A DNA stretch of 64,000 bases from the NCBI RefSeq assembly GCF_000143415.4, contig NW_003314264.1, forward strand, positions 896,624-960,623, given 5' to 3'. The position numbers and the translations under genes are program-made. Below are positions 1 through 11,820 of the stretch, piece by piece (positions within the stretch are counted from its first letter, which is position 1; each line of letters begins with the position of its first letter). Under the pieces are notes generated by a model. It did not search any database, was not told where the DNA came from, and was given only the letters and a program-made list of their open reading frames with translations. The stretch is from Selaginella moellendorffii. Lineage: Eukaryota; Plantae; Lycopodiophyta.

Positions 1-267
1 TCCTCTATAGAGGTGGGGAGGGATGGAAAGAATCCTTTGTAGAGTAGTGGCTGCATTTTCCCATATCTACAAGTGAATTACAATAAGAAAGATTATTAGA
101 AATTAAGTTTTTACTCTCTTGGACATCCTCGTGGGACATGGTGTCACCATTGCTATCAGGTGGTACCTGATATCAGTGTCAGTATCAATGGTGGGTTCCT
201 CCACCAGGTCAAGAGACTCTCTGACAGTGGGTTAGAACAAAGCATGATGTTATGGACGTCAGCCTCC

Positions 268-331
268 AGGTCTGCATTTCTAGGCTGGTGTCTAGTGCTC
301 AAGGCTGAAAAGCTAGTGCTGTGTGAGATGG
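268..331 (+). repeat. Short dispersed duplication of the 29194-29258 segment (tail of a PPR-fragment block)
   Basis: AGGTCTGCATTTCTAGGCTGGTGTCTAGTGCTCAAGGCTGAAAAGCTAGTGCTGTG aligns with AGGTCTGCATTACTGGGCTGGTGTCTGCGGTGCTCAAGGCTGAAAAGCTAGTGCTGTG at ~29194-29251. Confidence 0.8.
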
Positions 332-614
332 CTTATAGAAGTTTGCAAAGCCAAAACAACATTTGATATTACAAATACAACTGGGGTGCTACTACTCAAA
401 AATGGTGAAAACTTTGGCAAGATTAAAATAATATGAAATAAAAACTCTGATTTAATGAGCATTTTTTCAAATTAAAAAGGCTATGTTATTGAAGGTGTTG
501 GAGAATAAAATGAACATGATGATCTCTCATAAAAAATGAGAATGCCATCATTCAATGCATATAAAAATTTATCATATTTATAGTTTAGATAATAAGATTA
601 AAATTACAATGAAA

Positions 615-891
615 TAATCATTCACTGCAACTAAACCTCCTTGTGATAAACATATATTCCATATATCATTAGTTGCTTCCACAACATCACTAAATGTTAA
701 TCTATTGAGACTGCTGAACTCTTAAAGGCAATCTAAACTCCAACTAAAGGTATAAAGACAGACAAACTAGAAGAAAAGCTATACCACACTAAACTTATAC
801 ATCTACAATAGTCTCCACAAATCATTCCTTTATAAAATGTCCTAGTGCAACTTTGAAAGGATCTAGAGTAGTAAGAGTGGGTTTCTTTGTA
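615..891 (-). pseudogene. Pseudogene of the small secreted 6-Cys family (copy 1; no signal peptide, frameshifted, truncated)
   Basis: Manual minus-strand translation gives YKETHSYYSRSFQSCTRTFYKGMICGDYCRCISLVWYSFSSSLSV, then a stop/frameshift, then LTFSDVVEATNDIWNICLSQGGLVAVND. This is collinear with the 2925-3374 protein. Confidence 0.88.
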
Positions 892-2222
892 AGATACTCA
901 GAGATCAATGCTTGATCCTGTCAAGCATTTGAATCCACACAACTGATCATTGATTGCAATGGAATGCCACTTGATTCTAAATTCCACCATATTATACACA
1001 CATAAAAACATCTTTTATCCACAATATTATAAATAATTTGCTGCACATTACATGTAGTAACTCTTGGTTTGCTTAATAATAGTGTTATTCCTATTTAATA
1101 ATCAATAAATAAAGAATTATAAACATTTTTATAATTTATAAATACAATATTAATCTTATTAAATATCATAATATTTACACAGTTAGAATGAATTGTGCAA
1201 TTTTTGACAACTGATCCACAACCACCATCAAACCATTAGATGATAAAATAAACTAGAATATACTAGAAAGTGTTTAGAAAAGTTTCTAAATTATAAATAC
1301 AAGACTAATCTAAATAAACAACAATCATTAGATATTAGAATATTCTAGAATATTCAAGCATATTCTAGATATATCCAATAGTTTTGCTTAAGCAAACAAA
1401 AATACAGGAAATATTAGAAAGATACATTAATACAATTAATTTTTATTTTTGTTCTATTGTAGTGGCAAGACTTTATGGTATTTCAAATGGCAAGACAGAC
1501 ATAAAACTATCATAAAACTAATATGTTACTAATCAATACTATAAACTAAGATATCCTCATATGTCCATAAACAAAAGTTATAATCATTTTTAGTGCTCAA
1601 TGTAGTTAACATATACTTTCTAGTACTGAATTAAGTATGCTTCATAGATAATCATATCTAAAATAGTACATACAAGCATACATTCATATAATATGAATTC
1701 ATACCTTATGCTACATCTAGTGTTAACTAGCTTGAGCCATGATAAAGAGCTTATAAAGTATATAATCTCTTGCCAATATGGCAATAAAAGAAAAAGAACC
1801 TGTCAAAAAAAAGCTTTGCATACCTAGTGGTTAATAAATAGTTTTTGATACCCAAAGTCACATTTGTGATATTTGGGACAGGTATTGAAAGTTTCATCTT
1901 GTGGTACATGATAAAGTTGTCTCTTTGAAATATTTTAATGTAAATTTTAAAAAGTTACTAGTATCCAGTGGCAAGTTTGAGAAGAAAGAAATGCCTATCC
2001 TATAACTATAGTAAATTTTTAATGTAAAACTTTAATTTCATCAAATTAGTCATGAATTCAATCTGATTAAATCTTTAAATGGGATAATTACCCCTTCAAA
2101 CTCAATAAATAATTATGATTCAAAGGTTGTTGCAAAGTATTGAGACTTGAGATGTCTTAAAGAATTTTCTGTAAAGATGACTTATTCTCAACAACATCAT
2201 AGAGCAATTCAAACCAGATGCT
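850..2222. repeat. Left arm of a large inverted duplication (partner 3592-5515)
   Basis: Reverse complement of 3592-5515 throughout; for example 2100-2218 versus 3596-3720 are near-identical. The right arm has ~545 bp extra (about 4376-4922). Confidence 0.95.
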
Positions 2223-2432
2223 GCTCAAAATGTATGAAGGAAACTCCGTCCCAAGGATGTTCAAGAGAGTAAAAACTTGATTTCTAATAATCTTTCTTAT
2301 TGTAATTCATTTATAGATATGGGAGAATGCTGCCACCACTCTATGTGCCAATGTACAAATCATTCTTTCCATGATGATTTTACTCTTTTGAACATCCTCA
2401 TGATGGAGTTGCCTTCATACATTTTGAGCAGC
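2220..2432. repeat. Nested short inverted repeat (arms 2220-2274 and 2378-2432, ~100 bp loop)
   Basis: GCTGCTCAAAATGTATGAAGGAAACTCCGTCCCAAGGATGTTCAAGAGAGTAAAA versus the reverse complement of the right arm, GCTGCTCAAAATGTATGAAGGCAACTCCATCATGAGGATGTTCAAAAGAGTAAAA. Confidence 0.9.
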
Positions 2433-2544
2433 TGGGGTAAGACAAGCTGCAATAGTAGGAGCTGGGATAGGAGCAGCTGTAATAAGACGAGGTGGGGCAG
2501 GAGAGTTTTCAGCCAGGTTCTCTACTTGTTCCATTTAGTTTTCT

Positions 2545-2860
2545 TAATAGACAATAGGCCTAGATGCCTTGAACTTATAGTGTCACTACCACTGACTATA
2601 ACACTTGATCCAACACCTATTCGATGGCATGCCCAAGAGGAGCCTCATGTCATGGTCGGCAATGCTAGTGGTTTTTCCAAGGGCGGCTGCATAGATGACA
2701 CCACAAGGCTGTTCAATGTGATGCCAATAGCCATAATCACTGCTTGTGCAGACCATGACCTGGCCCGGGTCAATGACGTGTTTGATGGGTGTGAGCAAAT
2801 GCCCTCTATTTGCATGACACAGCAAGGTTGACAAGCCTCTTAGAGTAGGAACATTCTTCT
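2545..2860 (+). pseudogene. Degenerate PLS-class PPR fragment; CpG-decayed duplicate of 28835-29135
   Basis: Encodes GCIDDTTRLFNVMP. The nucleotide sequence is collinear with 28835-29135, differing mainly by CG>TG/CA. Confidence 0.8.
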
Positions 2861-2924
2861 TTATGGTCTCTCTAACAAGGCTAAGGTCTAGTTATCTATA
2901 TAAAATGGCATTTTAATTTAGAGA

Positions 2925-3374
2925 TTAAACATCACAACCAATTAAAATCGTTGATGTGTTTATACGAGAGTTTATCTTAAGAAGTTCATCTCTTGAATGT
3001 TCTACTCGAAAACGCATTGATCTATCATCTAGTGTAACTACACCTCCTGGATCATTATATGATAGACAAATGCTCCATATATCCCCAACTGCTTCTACAT
3101 AATCACTATATGTGAATTGGTGGGATTGCCTAACCTTGAGGAAACAACCTAAACTTCCAACTCGAGCAGTATAAATCCCTGGTACAGATAAATTAAAAGC
3201 AAATCTAGACCACACCAAACTCACACATCTGCAATAATCTTGATAATTTGTTGCTCTCTGGAATGTTCTAGTGCAACTTTGAAAGGATCCAGAAGAGTAA
3301 GAGTGGGTTTCTTTGTAATAAGAAAACAAAAATATAGTAATAAAAATAAACATAAGGAATTTTTGAGATTTCAT
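2925..3374 (-). CDS. Small secreted cysteine-containing protein of unknown family, 149 aa (copy 2, intact)
   Basis: Intronless ATG-to-TAA ORF with a hydrophobic N-terminus (MKSQKFLMFIFITIFLFSYYKETHS) and 6 Cys conserved with the 17449-17901 paralog (~56% identity in the mature region, manual count 70/124). TATA-like TTATAAA ~45 bp upstream. Confidence 0.88.
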   Translation of the reverse strand: MKSQKFLMFIFITIFLFSYYKETHSYSSGSFQSCTRTFQRATNYQDYCRCVSLVWSRFAFNLSVPGIYTARVGSLGCFLKVRQSHQFTYSDYVEAVGDIWSICLSYNDPGGVVTLDDRSMRFRVEHSRDELLKINSRINTSTILIGCDV

Positions 3375-3591
3375 ACCAAGCTCTTCTTTCTTCTTCCTCT
3401 CAATTCTTGCTTGTGGTGGGTTTATAAGTCAAATAAAAAGGACAAATTCTTGGCAACTTTCTATGGTTTTCTTGTATTTTATTTTCTTTTTTTCCTTCTT
3501 TGTTTTCTAATATATTTTAAATTATTATTAGACTTATTTATTGTAAAATAGTCATTTCGAAGATGTATTTCTAACCAATTAGAAAATTCAT

Positions 3592-5515
3592 AGCTTCTGG
3601 TTTGAATTGCTCTATGATGTTGTTGAGAATAAGTCACCTTTACAGAAAATTCTTTAAGACATCTCAAGTCTCAATACTTTGCAACAACCTTTGAATCATA
3701 ATTATTTATTGAGTTTGAAGGGGTAATTATCCCATTTAAAGATTTAATCAGATTGAATTCATGACTAATTTGATGAAATTAAAGTTTTTCATTAAAAATT
3801 TACTATAGTTATAGGATAGACATTTCTTTCTTCTCAAACTTGCCACTGGATACTAGTAACTTTTTAAAATTTACATTAAATATTTCAAAGAGACAACTTT
3901 ATCATGTACCACAAGATGAAACTTTCAATACCTGTCCCAAATATCACAAATGTGACTTTGGGTATCAAAACTATTTGTTAACCACTAGGTATGCAAAGCT
4001 TTTTTTATAGGTTTTTTTTTTTATTGCCATATTGGCAAGAGATTATATACTTTATAAGCTCTTTATCATGGCTCAAGCTAGCTAACACTAGATGAGCATA
4101 AGGTATGAATTCATATTATATGAATGTATGCTTGTATGTACTATTTTAGATATGATTATCTATGAAGCATACTTAATTCAGTACTAGAAAGTATATGTTA
4201 ACTACATTGAGCACTAAAAATGATTATAGCTTTTGTTTATGAACATATGAGCATATATTAGTTTATAGTATTGATTAGTAGCAACTTTCCATTGGTTTTA
4301 TGATAGTTGTATACCATTTGAAATATCATAAAGTCTTGCCACTACAATAGAAGAAAAATATAAATTAATTGTATTTGCCTCATAAGTACATATCACAATT
4401 ATGGAGAGTGTCAACATTTTAACATATCCACTATTGGTATTTTTTGGTCATTTAAAACAAATTAAAATCCATTTTAGTTGTGAATGACTTGATGGGGCTT
4501 TTTCCATAATCTAATACATGGTATTAGTATATACACTATGCATATAATTTTGTGACATAGTTTTTTCATCATATCCTCTGGCTTCTTCAGTTATTAAGGC
4601 ATTGATATAGTATATAATGAATATTAAACAATCCCATTAGCTTAATTTATCATCTTTAGACAAGTAGATTGGTTGCATTTAAGGCAGATTCATTATTATG
4701 ATATAAGACATTTTCCAACAGTATTTTCTAGTGAAAGATAGATTTTTCTGATGCGATTTTTGAATGTGAGGAGAGGTTGCAAAATTCCTTTGGAAAAACT
4801 ATGTCATATGTTATTTCTTGTGTGATTTACAAATTACATGGTGATGTTTATTTTGTGATGTTTGTTGAATCTAAGGTTATAAATTTGAGTTAATGTGGAT
4901 AGAGATAAGAAAACTTTATGAATATTAATGTATCTTTTCTAGTATTTCCTCTATTTTTTGTTTGCTTAAGCAAAACTGTAGGGGGAGTGGGATATATCTA
5001 GAATATGCTTAAATATTCTAGAATATTCTACAATTTAACTGTTGTTATTTCATTTATATTAATCTTGTATTTATAACTTAGAAACTTTCCTAAACACTTT
5101 CTAGTATATTCTAGGTTATTTTATCATCTAATGAATTGATGGTGGTTGTGGATCAGCTGTCAAAGATTGCACACTTCATTCTAACTATGGAAACAGTGTG
5201 ATATTTAAGATTAATATTGTATTTATAAATTATAAAAAATGTTTATAATTTTTAATTTATTGATTATTAAATAGGAATAACACTACTATTAAGCAAACCA
5301 AGTGTTACTACATGCAATACACAGCAAATTATTTATAATATTGTGGATAAAAGATGTTTTTATGTGTTTATGATACAGTGGAATTTAGAATCAAGTGGCA
5401 TTCCATAGTAATCAATGATCAATTGTGTGGATTCAAATGCTCAATAGGATCAAGTATTGATCTCTAAGTATTTTATGAAGAAACCCACTCTTAATCCTCT
5501 AGATCCTTTCTAAGT
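3592..5515. repeat. Right arm of the large inverted duplication; contains retroelement debris and ends inside a ~45-bp fragment of the secreted-protein family
   Basis: Reverse complement of 850-2222. Contains the Gypsy integrase-like peptide LMVVVDQLSKIAHFI (5136-5180) and GAAACCCACTCTTA...AGATCCTTTC (ETHS..SF) at ~5480-5510. Confidence 0.93.
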
Positions 5516-6498
5516 AAGGTTTTTTTATTTATACTCGCTTTTTGCCCTTGTCTACAAAGTAATGACAAACAAACAGAGATAAGAACATAAAGAAGAGAAG
5601 AAGAGAACAATAAAAAGAAAATAGAAGAGAACTTAGCCTTGAACTTTAAAGCGTGAGTAGGGATAAACATATATCATTTTTTCAACTCTACTTTGCATAA
5701 ATAGTTATAAGTAACAGAAAATATAGTTAATTCAATGCAAATGCATACACTAGTGAGTGCAACACGTCTAAGTGCTACTTATATACTATATAATTTTATA
5801 ATCATTTCTAACTAGTTCTTGCTTGTTTATAACAACTATTGCCTAGGTTGGGTTTTTCTTTTTTTGATGCTTAAGCTTAAGCATAACTCTATTTCATTTA
5901 ATCTTCCTTCTTTTGCTATGTTTGGGAAGATACACAAGATAAAAAATTTACCTTTTCATCACTCCCACACGACAAAGTTACTCTCTATCCTCAAGCAGTC
6001 GAATTCTCCAAATCCTAATCTAGGCTATTGAGTTTGCTCTTCATATTGATAAGCTCAATGCTTTGATACAAATCATCAAGTTCTTGATGTATATTCTGAT
6101 TTTCCTGGTCGAGCATTGCAATGCATTGGTTTTGGTGGTTGATGTGCTCTACATCAGTCCCATAACTCCATCCACTTTCTGGATGATTGTCTTGAGGTAG
6201 CTTAAGACTTGTATGTGGTATTTCATGTTTCCCTCATTTTTTACTAGCTGTATTGCTTATCAACTAACTACTTGCCTCCTCCCTTGATGTGTTGAGCAAA
6301 CTCCTTTATGAAGCTTCAGATTTCTAGCTTGCTTGGCTGATTTGTGGTTTTGTGAGTGAAAGTGTGGCTAGCCTTGACTTTGTAGTGTTGCTGTGGCATC
6401 TACTGCTACTATGGCTACCATGTCTCGCTAGATTGATTGGTTGAGAGTGTGTCACTGTCAAATGCATAAGTGGACTAAAGAAGACTAAGCCTGTACTC

Positions 6499-6859
6499 TA
6501 TTAGGAATCCCCCAATTCTTGCCACATTCCTGACTCTTGCCGCATTCCTGACCTGCAGACCACATTCCTGACTCTCAAGACACTTCCCTATTCCTGACTC
6601 TTTGATTTCCCATATGATTCCTGAGTCTCGAACCACATTCCTGATGATGATGTGGTGCCTCCTCGACCTCAACTATATTTATGCCATCCTCGATCCAAGA
6701 GTGGTGGAGCTTCATCAACCTATAGTATATATAGGTTAGCCTTGTTCCATTTCTCCACAATCTGAATCAACATTAGTTTAAGGCCTCTTCCTCGTTTCCA
6801 CTAGCTTTTCTCTTTGTCTTCTGCATTTTCCAATCCTAATCTTGTTGGGGGTCTTGACA
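6499..6859 (+). mobile_element. Solo LTR (family A, same family as the chromovirus 3' LTR at 60907-61265)
   Basis: Aligns end to end with 60907-61265 (TGTCAGGAATCCCC...TCTTGACA). Flanked by TACTC/TATTC, a 5-bp TSD with one C>T change. Confidence 0.88.
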
Positions 6860-7439
6860 TATTCCTTCGATTCACCTAAACCCTTTTTTGTAACCTTATC
6901 CTCTTCATCCTAGTGAGTTTCTTGGCCATGATTTTCTTGGCCTAAGCTCTCCTCATTGGTTGTGTCTACAACCAATGGTTTTGCAATATCTGTAAGCACA
7001 TTGTGTGTTGGACTTTGTGGCCTAAGTTGTGAAATTTCTTTCACAACTTTAGCATCTATCATTTGCCTAGTGTTGTTCATTTGTGTGCTTGTCACTTCCT
7101 CAATGCTCAGAGAGATTTGCATCGACATCAGGGTCATCTTTGTAGACATAGGCAAGTCATGACTTTGTTCTTGATTCGGGCATGGGATTTTATCACCGTA
7201 TTTATTGTGTCCAGCTTTTCTACAGTATACTCAGCCATTGGATTTCTGTGGAACAAACCCTAGAGGTCTCACAGCCTAGATTTTCAGATTTAGGTGGAAT
7301 TTCTTTTTGAAGGGAGAATTTTCTTTGCCTGAATTTGTATCATTGAGATTTTGGGAAGCTTATTTTGCATCCACATCCCTCACTGGATTCCCCTCCCTCG
7401 CTATCTCCCTCAGGGGAGATACTAGAGGTGGTAGACCAA

Positions 7440-8330
7440 TGGCAAAGAAAGGCATGAGATTCTCTTGAGTTGTGTAATGCTAGTAAATGTATTGTAAAAA
7501 GATGAAGAGTCCTATTGTCACTTGCCTTTCCTTGCCTATTTGTAAGGTAACATGCTTTATTTCAGTTACAAATCCATTGTAGGTGAAATGAGCTATATTT
7601 ATTTGCTGTTCAATCTTGATAAAATGTCCTATCTTGATGTTGGCATTTTGTGCAACTGTCCACCTGTCAATGATGGCACACAACACCTTAAGCCTAACAT
7701 GATAGTCAAGCTTTAAGTAGGTGAAATTGCCTCTTTATTCGGATGTGTAGTTAAGGAGGATAGGGCATATGATCTTTTTTGCTCATAGTGATTATTTTGC
7801 CCTTGTTGCTTAGGCAAAAAATCTGAGCAAACTAGGTAAGTCCAAAGGGATGAACTTACTTGCAAAAGAGAAATGCATGCTCCATTGGGTATCACTTCTG
7901 CATGAGCTTAATCCCTTGCTCGATTGATATTTCTCTTTTGAGCAACTCCACATAGGCGGGTAACCCAAAAACATCAAGCTAAGATATGTCACAGGGAGAA
8001 AGCACAAGCTCCTTAACTAACTTCACTTGGATATAGTTAAGCTTTTTGTTTCCGGATGAGATTTCCTCCACATGCTTTTCTTGCTTAAGCATTTTTGCCA
8101 TCTATGGAGATCTGTAGGCAAAACACTTGGTATTAAGCAATCGAAAGATGTAGTGTAGTGCCGATAGAGGTGCCCAAGTGAGATCTTGCGTTGATGGTGC
8201 TTCAAAAGTGGAGTTAATGGCATGTAGTGGTGGCATGAGCACAAGGTCACTCCACCCAATCAAGAGTGCACTCAACTCAGTAGGCTATAGCGATAGTGTT
8301 TGCTCTTATGCAGCCTTTGAGCTACTGTAA
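7440..8330 (-). mobile_element. Highly degenerate retrotransposon gag/protease-like remnant
   Basis: LCAIID motif resembling a retroviral aspartic protease active-site strand; many stops; TE-rich context. Boundaries uncertain. Confidence 0.3.
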
Positions 8331-8821
8331 ATTGCTTTAGAACTAAGCTTGGAGTGTTGGCACATCTTGGTAGAGGTGTAGGTGTAAGTGTAGAGTGAGT
8401 GAGAGGGAAAAAGTGAGAGAGAAAAAAGAGCTCCTTAGTTGCCTTCAATTTACTTAAGTCACCTTACTTTATTACATTAGCCCTAAACTTATTCCTTTTT
8501 CCTTTGTTTGCTTTTGTATGCAAACATATTGTGGAATTTTTTTTCCTTATTGGCCTAGTAATCTCTACTCATTAACCTTGTGGTTTGCTAACAAAGATTA
8601 TAGAATAAGGCAAAAAAAATATAAACATTGCTCTTAGAGTATTTGCTTCTTCTTTTATTTTCCTCTAAGTTTTGTACCCTAGTTGAAGGTGTTAACTTCA
8701 AAAGGGGTGGCCCATAGGGCCAAACATGGAAGAATCCATGTATGATCATAGATTTGTTAAGTGAAAGGATTTGATAATATGGAGGAATCAAGTTCTTAAG
8801 CTGTGATCTGTAGCACATTTT

Positions 8822-9414
8822 TGTAAGCTCCTGAGTTTGGACTTCCCGGGAGGTCACCCAACCCAGTACTATTCACACCCAAGGACGTTTAACCCCAAAT
8901 ATCCCAAGACCCTTAACCATTTGGAAAAGGGGGTGCACTCTTGTTCATGGGCCCTTTCCCTCTATATTTGAACCCCATGGATCGTCTCTCAAGTTGTTCT
9001 CTTTGGTTGCTTATAATCCACCATGCTTCCCTGCAAGTTCACGCCCTCGTGAACGGAAGCTGAAAGCCACAGCTCTCCTGAGAGCCCCGCTCTCTTGACA
9101 CCCTACCCCTCGGGTCGAGCCCAGTGGAAGCAAACTGGACCAGCCAGATGTCAATCAACATGTGGTGTGATTCCCTTAGCCAACCAACAGAGTCGGACCT
9201 GAGACCCCTCTGATACCAAATGTAAGCTCCTGAGTTTGGACTTCCCGGGAGATCACCTAGCCCAGTACTATTCACACCCAAGGACGCTTAACCCCAAATA
9301 TCCCAAGACCCTTAACCGTTTGGAAAAGGGGGTGCACTCTTGTTCATGGGCCCTTTCCCTCTATATTTGAACCCCATGAATCGTCTCTCAAGTCGTTCTC
9401 TTTGGTTGCTTACA
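8822..9414 (-). mobile_element. Complete Cassandra-like TRIM retrotransposon with a 5S rRNA-derived segment in both LTRs
   Basis: Two 194-bp LTRs (8822-9015, 9221-9414) with TGTAAGC...GCTTACA ends (GCTTATA in the 8822-9015 LTR), 205-bp non-coding interior, Met-tRNA PBS TGGTATCAGAG (minus strand, 9208-9218) and perfect ATTTT TSD. The LTRs contain GTTAA(A/G)CGTCCTTGGGTGTGAATAGTACTGGG(T/C)T(G/A)GGTGA(C/T)CTCCCGGGAAGTCC, matching the plant 5S rRNA internal control region. Confidence 0.92.
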
Positions 9415-11000
9415 ATTTTAAATATAAGTTGGTGCACCAACATGGGGAGTCATACCAGGCATCCTGGGTGATGCCATCCTTAAATGCATATATAGAGGTT
9501 GGGTTCAAGTCCCAACCCTCTAGTGCATGGGTTCAAGTCCTAACTCACTAGGGCGTAGTGATGGTTTGGAATATGAGGACACTCTTTTTTCGGTGGTCAT
9601 GGACTCTCAGGAAGGAGACTAGCTTGGGCACACCACCAAGCAAGGGATGCCCCGAAGTCGTGATGCACGGTTAGATTGCTCAGTGTGGCTCGACATATCT
9701 AACTTGAACACTTTGGTGCAAGTGACACCAAGGACGTGGTGAATAAAATGGGGACACCCAGTGTCAGTTGTTATGGACCCTTGGCTAAAAAGGGTTTGCT
9801 TAGGTGCACCACCAAGTGCGAGGGATGCCCCCGGCGTTATGGTTAACAACGTAAAAATTTGGAAAACATAATACCTATTGGCAAATCTGTTAAGGTGCCA
9901 AAGTAAGATCACTAGGTGATCTTGTGGCTAAATAAGGACAAGGTCCTTATTTGGTTAAAGAATAAGATTCCTAGTTCAAAGTCGTGATTTGAACTGTTGG
10001 TAATAGTGTGACTTAATCAAAGTGACTAGGTGGGAAAGACACCTAAATGGAAATCAATAGTGTCAATACAACGATATGGTAAATCCAAAAAAGTAGTCTC
10101 TAGGAAAGACCCATTAGAGAGTCGCAAAGTTGAGCCATGGATAGAGCCTATAGTAGAAAATGTTAAAGAGACATATTAAGGGTAAACACCCTCCGAACTT
10201 AGCAAAGTGGAGCTTTTGCTATGGAACCAAAAAAATACCTTAAGGATGGAGGTAATAATCCTATATTGTTTTGTGCAACAATCAATGGATAGAAACAAAA
10301 GACTAATGACCAAGTGTGGGCTATAGAATTCATTGGAAGGAATCCAAATGGCAAAATTAGGAGAGAAACACTAATGTGTTGAATGCTAACGGATTGTGGG
10401 AAAGAAAGTGTGTTTCCAAGGATGGATTCTAAAATACTCCAATTTGGCAAAGGTGAAAACTCCAAGGGAGGGAGCAGCAAGGTAGCTAAATGATAAGGCC
10501 GTGGACAACTTTAGCACAACTTATGATAACTAGAACTTAGTGTCAAAGGTGGCATGAAATAAAAAAGAGGATAATAATGCCCTCAAGTAGAGAACTTCCT
10601 AGGATAGGGACATGGAGTTTGCACAATATGTGTAATGAAAGGTGTCAAAGACACTTAGGAAATTGACTTCAAGAAGTCAAAATTAAAGTTCTAAAGAGGA
10701 ATGGTTATATCGATAGAAGTTGAGACTACTCGAGAATGAGTAGTGAGATTGAGATAGAGAAGGTATCTCTAACAGGTTTAGCAAGAATTAAACTAATAAA
10801 GGGAAAGAACCAGCATAAGTGGTCTAATGAGTTTTTAAGTTGGAGAGACTATACTAAGGCATGGTGAGCCTTCGGTGACCAACCATTGACGAATATTAAC
10901 TTGGTGCTAAAAGTGAAAAGGGTAATACATGTTGGTGTTACTTTATAAAATGGTTTACCATTTGATGAGGACATCAAACTTCATCTATGGGTGGTGGAGT

Positions 11001-11820
11001 TGTGAGACATGAAATCCCTAGGCCCCAAAAAGGAGCCGAAAGGGTGCCACATAGTAGTGGTTGAGGCAAAAGCCAAATGAGTGTAACATATATAGACTAA
11101 AAGCTCCGACTTGAAAAGTTGAGAGCGGGAGTGGAACTCCCAATGAAGAGCTCGAGGAATGAGCACAAAGTGAGAAATAAATGAGTCTCTAAAAAAGGGA
11201 TAAAAAAGGACCAACACATAACACATGAAAAGACTCGAGATGAAGTCCGAGATGGAGTCTGAGATGAACCTAAGATGGAGTCTAAAATGGACCTAATATG
11301 GAGTATGAGATGGACCTTAGATGGAGTCCAAAGTGGATCCGAGATGAAGTCCAAGATGGACCCGAGATGGAGTCCAAAGTGGACCCAAGATGGAACCGAG
11401 ACCGAAACCGAAACCATGTCTGAGCCCAAAACTGAGACCGAGACCAAGTCTAAGTCCAAATCAGAGTCCAAGTTTGAGTCCGAATACTAATACAGGCTGT
11501 TGGGTGAAAGCCCAAAGTGATTGTCCCCTGAAGGGGGGGGGGGTTGCAGAGGGTTCCAAAAGTATAGTAGGGAGAGTGTGGGGGTTGGACCTTAATGGAG
11601 CCAATTTGGGTAAGAAAGGATAGTTTGGCCCAAGAAGGCAGGTGTTGAATGATAAGATAACCACTGGGAAGTCCAAAGCTAGAGTGACTACGGACTGACA
11701 AACGGGGTAGTTTGGTGAAGTGTTCAAGAGCCGGCTCTAGTTCCCTTAGGAGATCGAATGGCCAATGCTTCCAATCCAAGCATGGGTGGCGCTATCTACT
11801 TGGATATCTAGTGTGGCTCA
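11001..11820 (+). mobile_element. Degenerate LTR related to family C (62643-63869), probably a 3' LTR; right end uncertain
   Basis: Starts TGTGAGAC...GGAGCCGAAAGGGTG after purine-rich GGGTGGTGGAGT. Shares the hexamer minisatellite and the GGGTGAAAGCCC/G-run/GTATAGTAGGG module with 62643-63869. Confidence 0.7.
11175..11485. repeat. Degenerate 6/12-bp minisatellite (GAGTCC/GAGACC/GATG-type units) inside an LTR
   Basis: Repeating GATGGAGTCC and GAGACCGA units. A homologous array lies at 62770-63058. Confidence 0.8.

Noticed and set aside
2277-2831. 184-aa ORF
   Set aside because: Non-ATG start; a chance read-through of a hairpin arm and a decayed PPR fragment.
8838-8893. 5S rRNA gene
   Set aside because: Only ~55 nt of the 5S internal region, embedded in TRIM LTRs; not a full 120-nt gene.
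11097-11490. Ser/Glu/Asp-rich ORFs here and at 62743-63158
   Set aside because: Artefacts of the hexamer minisatellite inside LTRs, open in several frames on both strands.
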